Shown in pieces: positions 37,868 to 49,930 of a stretch of DNA of 64,000 nucleotides. The DNA is from Tricharina praecox (Eukaryota). A program made the position numbers and the translations under genes. The notes under the pieces are model-generated. The model saw only the letters and a list, made by a program, of their open reading frames with translations. It did no database searches and was not told the origin of the DNA. The first letter of the stretch is position 1. Each line of letters opens with the position of its first letter. The stretch lies in assembly GCF_024521635.1 (NCBI RefSeq), contig NW_026250426.1, positions 434,001 through 498,000 of the forward strand, given 5' to 3'.

Positions 37868-38325
37868 ATGTACTGCGGAGCTTGGGTGGTGGTGGAGAGT
37901 CGGTGGGTGAACACAAAAATTGAACATCTCTTCCGGCGTCCACCGATTGTACTCTTTTTTTTTCCATAAATGGGATGGGTCTGCTTTTGTGAGCTCGGCG
38001 TTGAATCTTTTCGGGCGGGGGGTCGCGATGAATAAATCGCCAAATCAAGGACAAACTCTACCCTGCTCGAACAGCTGTGATGTAGCAAGGAGAAACTGCA
38101 TTTTGTGGAGTATGGAGATCCCCCCGTACGCGTGTCTCCGGTGCTTCCATCGCGTAAACAAGCTCCCTAGAGCTACCTAAGCTAGATATCAACGGTGCAA
38201 GCAAAGCTCATGAGAGTACAACTATAGACAGCAACCCCCGTGTTTAAACAAAGCTTCCACACAGCAAATCTCCAGCTGACTAGCAAGTGAACAAAAGAGC
38301 AAAGCAAAGTTCTAGAGATCGCTCA

Positions 38326-39509
38326 TCACAAAGGCACACTATCAAACTTCTCACCGCCCTCCCCATTTCCGCCATCCTCCTTCTCCTTGTCCTCTTCCTT
38401 TCCAGAGTCCCCAGCTCCATCGACGCCTTCACTTTCTTTCTTGCCATCATTACCACCCAATTTCTCCTCACTCCGGCCTCCTGTCGAGTCCGCAATCGAC
38501 GCACTACGCTCACTCTTCGCCGGACCCTCCTCCCCACTACCCTCCTTGTGCTCGGGTGTATGCGTCGTCTCCGGCGAAGCCACGGATAGGCGCGGACTAT
38601 GTTGCGGGGCACTGGGAGTAACCGGAGTCTGCGGCTGTCTGGGCGGGGGCATGCTCTGGCGCATCTTCTGAATATCGACGCCGAGGTAGAAGTTCCTAGC
38701 GACCACAATCCTGCCCTCATTCTCACAAGCCTCGATCCACTCGGGCCTCACAACCGGAATATTCATCTCGACCGCCTTCTCCCACGCCTGTCCCCGGCCC
38801 TCGGTACACACAAAATGCGTGGTATCGATGCGGACCGAGTCCTGCAGCGGGCGCGCTCCTATGCGCGACAGCGACGCCTCGACCTGCTCGCGGATTTCGG
38901 CCGACATCACGCCGGGACACACGGTGATCCCGCTAAGATCGGTGAGCTTGTGTGTGCGGGCGGTAACCTTCTCGCTCGAATACGTCCCGGCGCTGGTCCT
39001 TAGGACCAAGTGAAACGTGTACTCCTCGCCGACGGCCAGTCCGGAGATCTTTGTGCTCGTGTGCGCGGTCGGGTTCGGGATGGAGCCGGCCTTGGCGTTG
39101 TTCCGGTACAGCGTCAGGCTTCGCAGCGTCGCCGTGGCCAGCTCGATCGGATCCCATTCCAGCACGATGGATGTCTGTGTGGCGTTGCGGAGGCGCAGGA
39201 CGGGCTTGCTCGGCGATCGCACACCGTACGCATTGTAGATTTCGCCTTGCAGCTTGCTGAAGGAGGCTTTGCTCGAGGTCTCGGCGGCGATGTTGCGCGA
39301 CACTTGGATGTCGACTATGCTGCCGGAGGTGATTCCCGGCGGAAGCAGGATGGACGGGAACTCGATCTGTGCAGCTGGATTAGCATTGGCCTCGTGTGCT
39401 GTCGGGTTGCCAGGAATGGAGGAGCGGGGCGGGCCACCAATCGCTTGTCTTCGGTCAACAGGATTGCGAGGCCGGCGTCGAGCTTGCCGACGGTGAGAGA
39501 TATCAGCAT
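38326..39509 (-). CDS. CHS5: Exomer subunit / chitin biosynthesis protein Chs5 (N-terminal dimerisation, FN3, BRCT)
   Basis: Exons 39509-39438 and 39366-38326: MLISLTVGKLDAGLAILLTEDKRL|IEFPSILLPPGITSGSIVDI...RNATQTSIVLEWDP...IDTTHFVCTEGRG...NIPVVRPEW. Confidence 0.95.
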
Positions 39510-41078
39510 CTTGCAAGATGTGACGAATGGTACAAGCTAGACTATAGATGGTGGAGGTGAGACCCGTTGCTGTGGATGGGGAGCTAGAGCAAGTGGTGGG
39601 CAGTGGGCACAACATGTGGCAGAGCGGGTAACGATGGTGGTGCTAAATTTAGGTTGCAACCCGATTCAAATTCCATTATTCCACGCTCGTTCGTTCCTCG
39701 CTCTTCAAAAGGAACACTCACAATGTCACCAAATAAACAATGTTCTAGAACACCTTCAAATATTCTAGCCTCCGCACTCTCGGCCAGGGTTTTACGAAAT
39801 CCAACTGTCTCATGCACCATCACTCGATATCACTCATTTCACGGCGATAATATATGGCTTCCACGTACGTACAACTCCAACTATGTGGTCGAATGAGGAG
39901 GATCAGTCGCATTGATCGGCTGCGAGGGTACTGAGGCTTGTTCTCTTAACTGGGCTTTTTCTTAGGAAGCTCGAAGACGACCAAGCTTTGAGGTGGGGTG
40001 GGAATCCTCCAACTCAAGCATGAGCCATACTATCTCCCTGAATAATAGTATTCATTTGAAGTACCAGACTTCTAGCAACCAGCCAACAGCAATTATGACC
40101 CACTGCCTCGAGTGATCGTCCGTGAGTGGCTCGGATCAGTTGGTTGACCGCGGGTGAAGTTACAATCCTGGTGTGACTGACCCAGTTGTATGTACGCCTA
40201 TACATACATGCTTGGCCAGGCACTACCGATGGATGGGTGCAAGTGCGCACGAACGGCGAAGTACCTGGCACATTGGCTACCCTGGCTGCTGACTTGACCA
40301 TTACTCTATGCTGCTGTGTTGCTTACCTCTCAAATTCTCGTCCTCCTACATGTATTTTTGCATGGTCCAGGTGGATTCCGCGCATCCAAAGGGCGTACGC
40401 ACCAGTGGTATGATTCCGTGCCTCATGCTCGTCTGGCCTTTGGTTTCATTGAAGCGCCGAAGTAGGCACTCCATGTATGGACGCCGCAGTGCGAGCACAG
40501 AGGCAGGAAGCCGTCTAGATTTACTCTTGGGGAGCGGCTGCTCAGGGCGCTTGCTCCAACCGAAGCTTTTCCTTCACAGAAGGTTTGAGCAGTGTCTCTA
40601 ATAATACCGGGCCTCACGTGTGGAGTTCCCTGCCCCTTTTCTTGGCGTTTCGGTACCTGAACTGACCTGACCCTGACACCACCGAATCCTATTCTTCCTC
40701 AATATCCACATTCCTTTTGAGCTCGCCCCCCCCCCACCGCCGCCGTCGTCGTCGTCGTTCCTTCCGGTCCCTACGTCCTCAAATCACACTCGCTGCTGTA
40801 CTGTACTGCATCCCGAGCATACCAGACGCCGGTCGTCATTCGCATTGCACATCCCGTCCCGATTTCGAATTTTTGAATCGCAGCTCGCAGCTCGCAGCTC
40901 GCAATCATCGTCAACACCCGCCGCCGCCATTACCACCGCAACCACCATTACCACGCTCACTTGAACTCTCCAATCGAAGCAGCTGCAAAAACATAACCCT
41001 CGAAGGGTATCGTGAATTCGAATCGAATCGCCACTCCTTACTACTCCTACTCACACCGATCGCCACTCCCTCGCAACC

Positions 41079-41827
41079 ATGGTCCACCCCGTTCTCGCCT
41101 CCTTTATCGTGTCGGACTTCATCTTCCTAGCCACAGGAGTGATGCTGATAGCTGCGGCGTCAGTGTGGACGGCGCAAGTGTCAGCGCCGCCCACGGTCGA
41201 GTCAGTCGGGCGGCAGCTGCTCCTCCAAAACTGCCCATTAGTCGCGGTGCTCGCAAATGGAATCGTAGTCGTCATCACGTTCGTCGTATCGCTGCCGGCG
41301 TTTGCGCTGCCAAATTCGAGGACCTGGCTGAAGATGCACTCCTGGGGAGTCGTCGTCTGTCTGGTTTTCACGCTCGTGCTGGGATTGATGGAATGGATTC
41401 AGACACTCACTACCCGTGCGAATCTCGAAGAGATGTGGGGCCGCCAGAGTGATGTTACCCAGAGCATGTTGCAGCAGAAGGTGAGAACGATCGAATGGAA
41501 GCCCCCAAGGAGGAGATGAAGGGCAGTTAGGGCTTATATGGTTACTCTATCTAGTTCGATTGCTGCGGCTATGTCAACTCGACCTTCCCGCTCTACGTCC
41601 CGGATGCGACCTGCACGAACGATATCATCGCGGCGTCCAAGGAGGGCTGCGTCACGGCGTTCTCGAACTACGGCGAGAAGTGGCTTAAGAACCTATTCAC
41701 GGCGGCGTTTGGCGTCGTGGGCATGGATGTGGTGCTGCTGCTATGTGCCGCTATGGTTATCCGGTACCGCAAGGAGCAGCTGCGGTATAGACTTATCGAC
41801 CAGAAGTGGGGCGTCGGAAACATCTAA
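41079..41827 (+). CDS. PLS1: Fungal tetraspanin Pls1
   Basis: Exons 41079-41480 and 41555-41827; 224 aa with four hydrophobic segments, LQQKFDCCGY extracellular motif and C-terminal RKEQLRYRLIDQK. Confidence 0.9.
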
Positions 41828-42713
41828 GCGTCCGTCAGGCGTCAAGCGTCGTCTTCTCCTCTCCGACAGACAGCTACATAGATAGAAGTGTGCGTTGGTG
41901 TGGATGTGGGGTATGATAGATTAGGTCCGGTCGACTCCACTCACTCACTGTGGATCGGATTTGGGATTCCAGGAGTTTGTGCTTTTCATTTTGATTTTTG
42001 TGTTTGGTTTGGGTGGGTTGCTTTTACTTTTATTGACTGCTGCCTTTTTGCTGTCTTCACTGTCGTTAGAACTTAACACGCAAGCGGAGAGCGGGCGATA
42101 ATTTAGTGCCAAATTTTTGTAGTTATACCCAGCATCAACTTCATTTCTGTCTGCCTATCTCCATACCTATCTAGTCCGGTTCCGTCGGCATCGTACGTAG
42201 CGTAACGTTCGTGGGATGCACAGTGACAGCGGCATATATATCGAGATATGTACATACTGTACTGTACAATACTCCCGCGATAATCAAATATGTATGCTAG
42301 GTTCCTGGCATCATGTAGGTACTCCACTCCATCTCCACTCCATCGCCCTCTCCGCACCGCAACGTAGTGGTGGAGAACATCATCATCCTCACAGAGAAGG
42401 TACTTCCCTACTCGTTCATATGTATACATAGCGCGACGGACACCGGAGTGCGGAGAGCTCTGATGTGTGTATGTAGGCATGTAGGCATGGAAACTAGCTG
42501 AGCAGCTCCTCAGGGCCCGAGATGACTACCTACATACGGCAGCACGGCATTCCCCCCCACACACCTTGAGGTCAGGTCAAGCGGGGAGATTGCCGGAAGC
42601 ACGAAGGAGACATGGAGGATAAGAAGAAAAACAGGATATGATATGCGTAATGTGCGTGCCCAGCGACCTGGTTACGGGTCTACGACCCTGTGTAAATACA
42701 TACACACACAGGA

Positions 42714-42745
<32 letters not shown>

Positions 42746-43341
42746 GAGCGATGCGCGCTTATTCGCGGCGCGCTGATGGTGGGTGCTGGTGGATGATGTC
42801 CGCTGCGGGGGAGTGGGATGCGGAGTGGGAAGGGATGGGAAGGGAAGTGGGACTGGACCGGACTGGACTGATGGAGCGATGGAGGGATGCATCCACACAA
42901 CCACACAAGCAGCGCCACTTCCCTTCTGGCCGATGCGGGGGCGGAGAGGCGGCGAATACCGACCCGCGTTACCGGCCGGTTTTGTGTTCTCCATTTCGTC
43001 CTCGCTCATGGCTCATGCAACGCAACCTTCTCTCGCTGGTGGCTCTACATACATACAAACGGTACATACGCGAGTGCGTGTTGGAGCCAGTGTAGGTATC
43101 TGCTAGTAGCCACCGTGCTGTCATCCGTCCGAGCCAGCCAGCCAGCCTCACTGCATTCCATTCCGTTCCCTTCTGCTGCTGCTGCTGCTCCCGCTGCACC
43201 GGGGGAGTGAGTCGGAACTTGGAAGTGCGTCATCAGCCAGGCAGGGTCTGAGGGAGATGCCCTTCTCTTCTCTTCTCTTCTTCTTGTGGTATGTATGATG
43301 CGGAGGCCGCATATATACCGATAGGTACTCTGCCTAACCAC

Positions 43342-43377
43342 CCTCGGGAAAAACCGCAAAGGCCGCTTGTGCCGAGG
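43342..43377. promoter_or_regulatory. Inverted pair of CCTCGG/CCGAGG (FarA/FarB-type) sites upstream of malate synthase
   Basis: CCTCGG at 43342-43347 and CCGAGG at 43372-43377, about 500 bp upstream of ATG 43873. Confidence 0.45.
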
Positions 43378-43872
43378 TCGGGCCAGAACAATAATCCGGG
43401 GAAGGGGAGGTTAACGTTCGTGTGGATCATGGGCGTAAAAAAGACATGTGGGTGCGCACCAACGCTACTTGGCGGGGCGAGGCCGAGCGAGGGAGGGAAC
43501 AGTCATGCCTACGCCATAACGCTGTAGATCTTCGGAGCTTCTTCGGCAATGGGAGTTCACATCACAAGCGAAAGCTCCCCAGGCCCGAGAGTTTTGCACC
43601 TGGGCTGACGAAGGAATTGTGGCCCCTCCCCTCCCCCCGATCAGACAGTACATAGAAGATATATTATTCGAGGGCTTTCCCCCTCCTCCAAGTCCTTTTG
43701 AAAGTTGAAAGGCCCGCTCGAGCGTACTCCGTGAATACCTCCGTCTGCCGTCATCGTCCTCCTCCTCTTATCTACGAAATCCCTTATATATCTTCCTCCC
43801 TCCACCACTTCACACCTCATTACACACACAACCCCTCACACACATACACATACACACTCCAAGCAGATAACC

Positions 43873-45860
43873 ATGTCCCCACCAACCGACACCCTCCTCG
43901 TGGACGTCAAAGTCCTGGGCACCGTCAGCGACGCCGCCAGCAAGGTCCTGACGAAGGAAGCGTGTGCGTTCCTCGCAACGCTCCACCGAACCTTCAACGA
44001 GACCCGCCAACAGCTTCTGCAGGCCCGCGTGGTCCGCCAGGCCGAGATCGACAAGGGAATCCTGCCCGACTTCCTGCCCGAGACCAAGCACATCCGTGAT
44101 GACCCCACATGGCGGGGAGCCGATCCGGCGCCGGGCCTGGTGGACAGAAGGGTCGAGATCACTGGCCCCACTGACCGCAAGATGGTTATCAATGCGTTGA
44201 ATTCCGATGTGTGGACGTATATGGCGGATTTTGAAGGTTCGTTGATCGTTCTGGTGGTTGTTGTTTTTGTTGTGTGGTTGTTGGGTTTAGGTTATGCTGG
44301 CCGATGCATATGGTTATTGTGGGTGTGATCGTCGGAGCGCGCCGTAGCTTACTCGATTGATATTACGCAGATTCGAGCTCGCCAACATGGGAGAACATGA
44401 TCAGTGGCCAGATTAACCTCTACGACGCGATCCGCCGACAGGTCGACTGCAAGATCGGCGGAAAGGATTACAAGCTGCGAACCGACCGGCCATTGCCGAC
44501 TCTTATCGTCCGGTATGCTCCCCTCCTATCACGTGCGTATCTGCGAGCTATCGCTGACCACAATCCCGCCTGATAGTCCCCGAGGATGGCACCTTGAAGA
44601 GAAGCATTTCGTAGTCGACGGTACGCCCATCTCGGGTGGTCTCTTCGATTTCGGTCTGTACTTCTTCCATAATGCGAAGAAGCTTATCGAAAACGGCCAC
44701 GGACCGTACTTCTACCTGCCCAAGATGGAGAGCCACCTCGAGGCTCGCCTCTGGAACGATGTGTTCAACCTGGCTCAGGACACTCTCGGAGTCCGCAGGG
44801 GAACCATCCGTGGAACTGTGCTTATCGAGACCATCATGGCCGCCTTCGAGATGGACGAGGTAAGCGGCTGCATGCGACTTCCCACTTGAGCCATGTCCGA
44901 CTGACTCCGGCTAGATCATCTACGAGCTCCGCCAACACAGCTCCGGGCTGAACTGCGGGCGCTGGGACTACATCTTCAGCGTGATCAAGAAGTTCCGCAA
45001 CAACCCGCAGTTTGTCCTGCCCGACCGCAGCTGCGTGACCATGACCGTGCCGTTTATGGACGCCTACGTCAAGCTCCTCATCAAGACCTGCCACAAGCGC
45101 GGCGTCCACGCCATGGGCGGAATGGCCGCACAGATCCCTATCAAGAACGACGAGGAGGCCAACAAGAAGGCCATGGAGGGTGTGTACGCCGACAAGCTCC
45201 GGGAAGTCCGCGCCGGTCACGAGTTAGTCCTCCATTCCCCCCGTCCGCTCGCATACATACATTTATTGACCGCCCCACAGCGGAACCTGGGTCGCGCACC
45301 CCGCGCTCGCCAAGATCGCCTCCGACGTCTTCAACCAGCACATGCCGACGCCCAATCAGATCTTCAAGCGCCGCGAGGAGCTGCAGGTCGCCGGCTCGGA
45401 CCTGCTGAACATGAACATGCCCGGCGCCGTGACCGAGGAGGGCATCCGCAAGAACCTCGTCATCGGCCTGTGCTACATGGAGTCGTGGGTGCGCGCCGTC
45501 GGCTGCGTCCCCATCAACTACCTGATGGAGGATGCGGCCACCGCTGAAGTGTCCCGCTCGCAGGTATTTCCCCTCCTTCCCTAGCTATATGTCACATACT
45601 AACAACGGGAATAGCTCTGGCAATGGGCGAAGCACAACACCGTCACCGCGGAGGGAACGAAGGTGACGAAGGAGTACAACCTGCAGGTGCTGAAGGAGGT
45701 GACCGAGGACCTGGCGTCCAAGGCGCCCAAGGGCAACCGGTTCTCGACCGCGGCGGGATACTTTGCCGCGCAGATCACCGGCGAGGACTATGCGGATTTC
45801 CTCACCACGCTGCTGTACAATGAGATTACAACTGTGGGCGGGACCGCGGCGAAGTTGTAG
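43873..45860 (+). CDS. acuE: Malate synthase A, peroxisomal/glyoxysomal
   Basis: Exons 43873-44236, 44371-44512, 44577-44859, 44915-45222, 45281-45563, 45615-45860. Motifs [52 protein letters not shown]; ends in PTS1-type AKL. Confidence 0.97.
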
Positions 45861-46755
45861 GTTGGGGTTTATTTCTTTCTTTTCGTTAGGTGTTTCTTTT
45901 ATGGCTTTGTATGGTTTGTATGGTTTGTTTTTCTTGTCTTTTGGGCAGCGAGTTGGGATGAAAATTGTAGGTTACGACTGGATGCTTTGTATGTGTGTAT
46001 GCTTTCGATGCAGAAGGTAGTTTGCAATTGAGGCCGCGAGCACAAATATGATACATACTATACCAGGACATATGACCGACTCTGGGGACTGGCATCTGTC
46101 TGCTAGGACCTTCCGTTCCGTTCTCTGCGCTTTTCTTAGGGCTTTGCTTAGGATTTAGGCCCCTCGGTGGTTCGCACGCCCGGAGGAATATCCGCACTGA
46201 AGCCTGACAGAGCAGACTGTTTGGTACATTATGTATCGACGAATAAAGGGTTTTCCTGTGCATCCCTCAAGTTTCAACCGACACTATTTCTCTCATTGTC
46301 TCAATTTCTAAAGTTTTGGTTTTTGGGACGGAATACGTGCGGACGAGAGGATTACCCTAGATATTCTTCTCCTTGGTGACCGCTCATGCCTATAATTACC
46401 TATCCAATGCGACGCTGCGGATTGCGGATTATGTCCACGCCGGTAGATCTATTGTACATAGATACTCCGAACAGTCCTCAGCCATTGAGTACCGTAGGTA
46501 GCGTGCTGGCACAAATCACAGACTTTTGTATGATGGTTCCAGCTCACGACACCGTGCCCATCGCCAATCCCATCCTGTCCGCATCCCATCCCCATCCCAT
46601 CCCACCCCACCCCAATCGCAATCGCAAACAACGCCAATAAGTAGAGTACAGTAAGATACAGTATGGTACAGCCGCCCCGTCCCCGCGCCTCCTTCCCCTT
46701 CCCCTTCCCCTTCCCCGCCGCCCCTTCACTGCCGCCTCCTCCTCGTCCAGTCGTC

Positions 46756-47315
46756 CTACTTCCCCCCGCGCTTCTGCTCCTCCAATATCTCCAACCTTTG
46801 CTGCTCCAACTCCTCCCTTATGCGCTTCCTCTCCCTCGCCTTCGCCTTAGCCGCTTTCTTCTCCTCTTCCGCCGCGACGATCCAAACTGTCCGCACACAC
46901 CCACGTATTAGCCCACTCCTTCTCATCCGCCCACATCCCCCTCCCCCATCCCCCCCGCTCTGTCCCCCGCTCCCCTTCAAACTTAGACGGGAGAGACGAA
47001 CTCGGCTTATCACTCTTCGAGTACTCGCGCAGCTTCGCCATGAACTCGCCGTGGTCCTTGAGCCGCTGCTCGCGCTCCGACAGCGCCTTCGCCTGCAGCT
47101 CGGGGTTGTACCGCGAGAACAGCTCGTCCGGGTCCGGCGTCACGTACATCACCAGTGCGGGGCCGCCGACGCAGCAGGCTATGCCGCTGTACTCGAGGAG
47201 TTAAAATTAGTGAGAGGGCGGGGGACAAAGGGAGGGGGGGCGGAGGGGGGGGCGAGGGGAGGAAATGGGGGGGGAAGTACGCGAACGCCATCTTGAGGAT
47301 CGTGGTGGTGCGCAT
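46756..47315 (-). CDS. CBP4: Cytochrome bc1 assembly factor Cbp4
   Basis: Exons 47315-47281, 47186-47002, 46886-46756: ...[36 protein letters not shown]...YSKSDKPIWIVAAEEE. Confidence 0.9.
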
Positions 47316-49930
47316 TAGGTGGTTGTGGTGGGGGTGGTGGTGCTGGTGGTGGTCGTGGTGGTGGGCGAACGGGAAAAGTCGCGATTAGGGTGGAGGGGTG
47401 AGGTGAGGTGAGGTGATGACGTCTTTAGTGGGGCGCGCTTGGCGGTGGGCGCGAGTGCATTGGCCGGGAAAAGGGCGAGTTTCGAAGATATCGCGGATTC
47501 ACGGCCGCGAATGGACTTTTCTATGGAGGCACCCGAAACGGCGAGAGAACTCGTGTATGGTGTCAAGACTCAACTGTGGCTGGGATCTCGCTCGATGGAG
47601 GGTTTTGAGGTAACTATGGCTATCCTCATACACCAGAAGCATATCCCATACTCAACACTGATACTGTAGCGACGAGCGAAACTGTTTCGTCCCCAGGATG
47701 GCATGTTACACGGCTGATACACAGTGTCTGGGGAGTCGACGATCGTGGGTTTCAGACATCTGCCCTGACGACTCAGTGGACGCAACGCCGGGTGTTCATG
47801 GGTATCACTCGACACGAGTCCGGGATCAACTCGGATAGGGTACGGCGTTTGTTGATATGCTCCCGGGAATAAGCCGGGAGTCTACGGTCTGCGGTCATCT
47901 AACAAGGAGAGGGTGGTATTTGTGGTGGTGGTGGTGCTGGTGTAGTGGTTCGCCGGCGTTGAGGCCGGCGCTCCCATGATACTTCTGAATAGATACCGGG
48001 TTCTTCCTTCCTTTACTCGCTGGAGCCGGCTATATGTAGCGTAGGTATTCCAGCCCCATGCCTCGCATCTGTATGTAGTAGTTTCAATCCGGTCGACCGC
48101 AGGTCCATAACTCCCGGCAGGCGAGTTCTTCAAGATTCATCCCTGGGATGATGATCGAACACCTAGATAATAGGCACCAAGGATCCCGCGACTGGTCTCG
48201 AGCAGTCCAGTTCTCGAGAAGGATATCGAAAACCCTCGAAAGCCCTCTTCTTTCGTTCGTTGTTACTGGACGCGTCCTGAAGCGCAACCGTTTCGCCGAT
48301 AACTTACCGGTACTGGTAAACGTCCGTGCATGTGGTTGGACCCGCGGGGAGGCTAGATATCTCCGTACCTAGATATCTCCGTAATCGCGCCATTCCGCAT
48401 CCATCCCGCCAGCGGCCGCCTTATCGACCTGCGCCTGATGCAACATACCGGCCCGGCCGTCGATCTTGTTGCCAGTCCGAGCGCATCGGACGGTACAGAT
48501 ATATTCTTAGAGTGCCGATACGCAGGCGCCACAAACAACGGTTCGTACCTCACCCGTCAGACTCCAGAGTATGTGTATGATGTAGTAAAATAATAAGGGC
48601 AGATTGTTTGTGGGGACTGCCCCCGCCGGCTGGCCGGGACTCGGCTATTTCCTGTTCCTGAACGTTCCTGTGCCTGTGCCGAAGTCCCTTACTGCAGGCA
48701 GAGAAGCGGAGAAGACCCTAAATCGAAGCATCCTAGGTGCATGCATAGAGCACTTGGTAGGTTCGTTAGTGCTCACGAGCTTTGTAGCATGTTCAACAGT
48801 CAACTGACTTTCCACGTGATACAGAGGACGCTGCGACGACGAGGCACGGCTCACGGCACAACACAGCCACACCGCCCCCCGCTTCACCTCAACGGAGAGT
48901 TCAAACTTCAGCAGGTACGCCACTCTGAAGTCTTCACCTTTACCAGTTGATAGAACTGATTAACCGTAATTTGACGTGCGGTTCAGACGGTCTGAAGCCC
49001 CTGGAATTTGGATTTTGGACGGGCCGGTCCAAATAAGGCCCTGGGATTATAACCCCAACCTACCTAGAGCGGGCAAAAAGACAAGACCCGGAAATGGGAG
49101 ACAAGGTGACGAGGCCGATAGGTACCCAGTATGTAACGCCAATGGGGTTGTCAACGTAAAGCCCGTAAGTGGACTGGAGGAGGAGATGCGCGCATCTGCC
49201 TCTTATGTACCTATCGTATCCTCCAAGTGAGGAGGCAAATTCCCGAGGAGAGCTGGCTGTCCACGGGGCAAGGCAGCCTGCGGGCGCCTGCAATTCATCT
49301 CATCTGAACGAATCATTCCGTCACCACTAGATACCACCACCACCACCACCACCACAAATCCCCGAGTCCTGTCCTGTCCTGTCCTGCCCGGCAGGTCCCT
49401 TGTCATTACGCGCCAGGAACAATCCCTCCCCCACAGCCCCACCAACTGGGGGTGGTGTCTATACCTACTACTACTACAGTAGTACTCTACCTGCCTGCCT
49501 GCCCTCAAACCCACGACCGAACACCGAACACCGAACACCCACCGCACCTACCTACCTGCCAGTTTCATTCACTCCTTCTTCTCGTCTCATAGTGCTGGTA
49601 CATACTTATTCAGGGGAACGCCGGCGCACAACAACAACAACAACGGCCGCTTCAATCCCGTCTGCGCCGCAAGGAAACAGGGAGGAGGGTAAACACACAT
49701 CCGTTTGCCATTTTCCGTTGCAGAGTCGGAGCGCCTTGCCTAACACCGCGCATAGGTAGCCTATACCCCGACGCACTCGAAATCAGGCGGAAACGAAAGC
49801 CAGCCAGCGAGCGCGCACAGCACAGCACAGGAGCGAACCCTCCCCCGCCTCCCCATTCATTCCCGTTCATCACTGCTGAGCCGGAACTCACGCTCCCCCT
49901 CCCCCTCCGCTACCACCCACCATACACACC

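Noticed and set aside
38326..39615. 429-aa ORF as the full CHS5 protein
   Set aside because: The conserved N-terminus MLISLTVGK is in another frame and joins through a 71-nt intron; the ORF-track N-terminus is spurious.
44237..44370. Internal TTTAG|GT in malate synthase intron 1 as a recursive or twin-intron site
   Set aside because: No branch site near the internal AG, and the GTTATG donor is weak.
48148..48280. ATGATGA...CTGA as a box C/D snoRNA
   Set aside because: No terminal stem and no rRNA-complementary guide that I can recognise.
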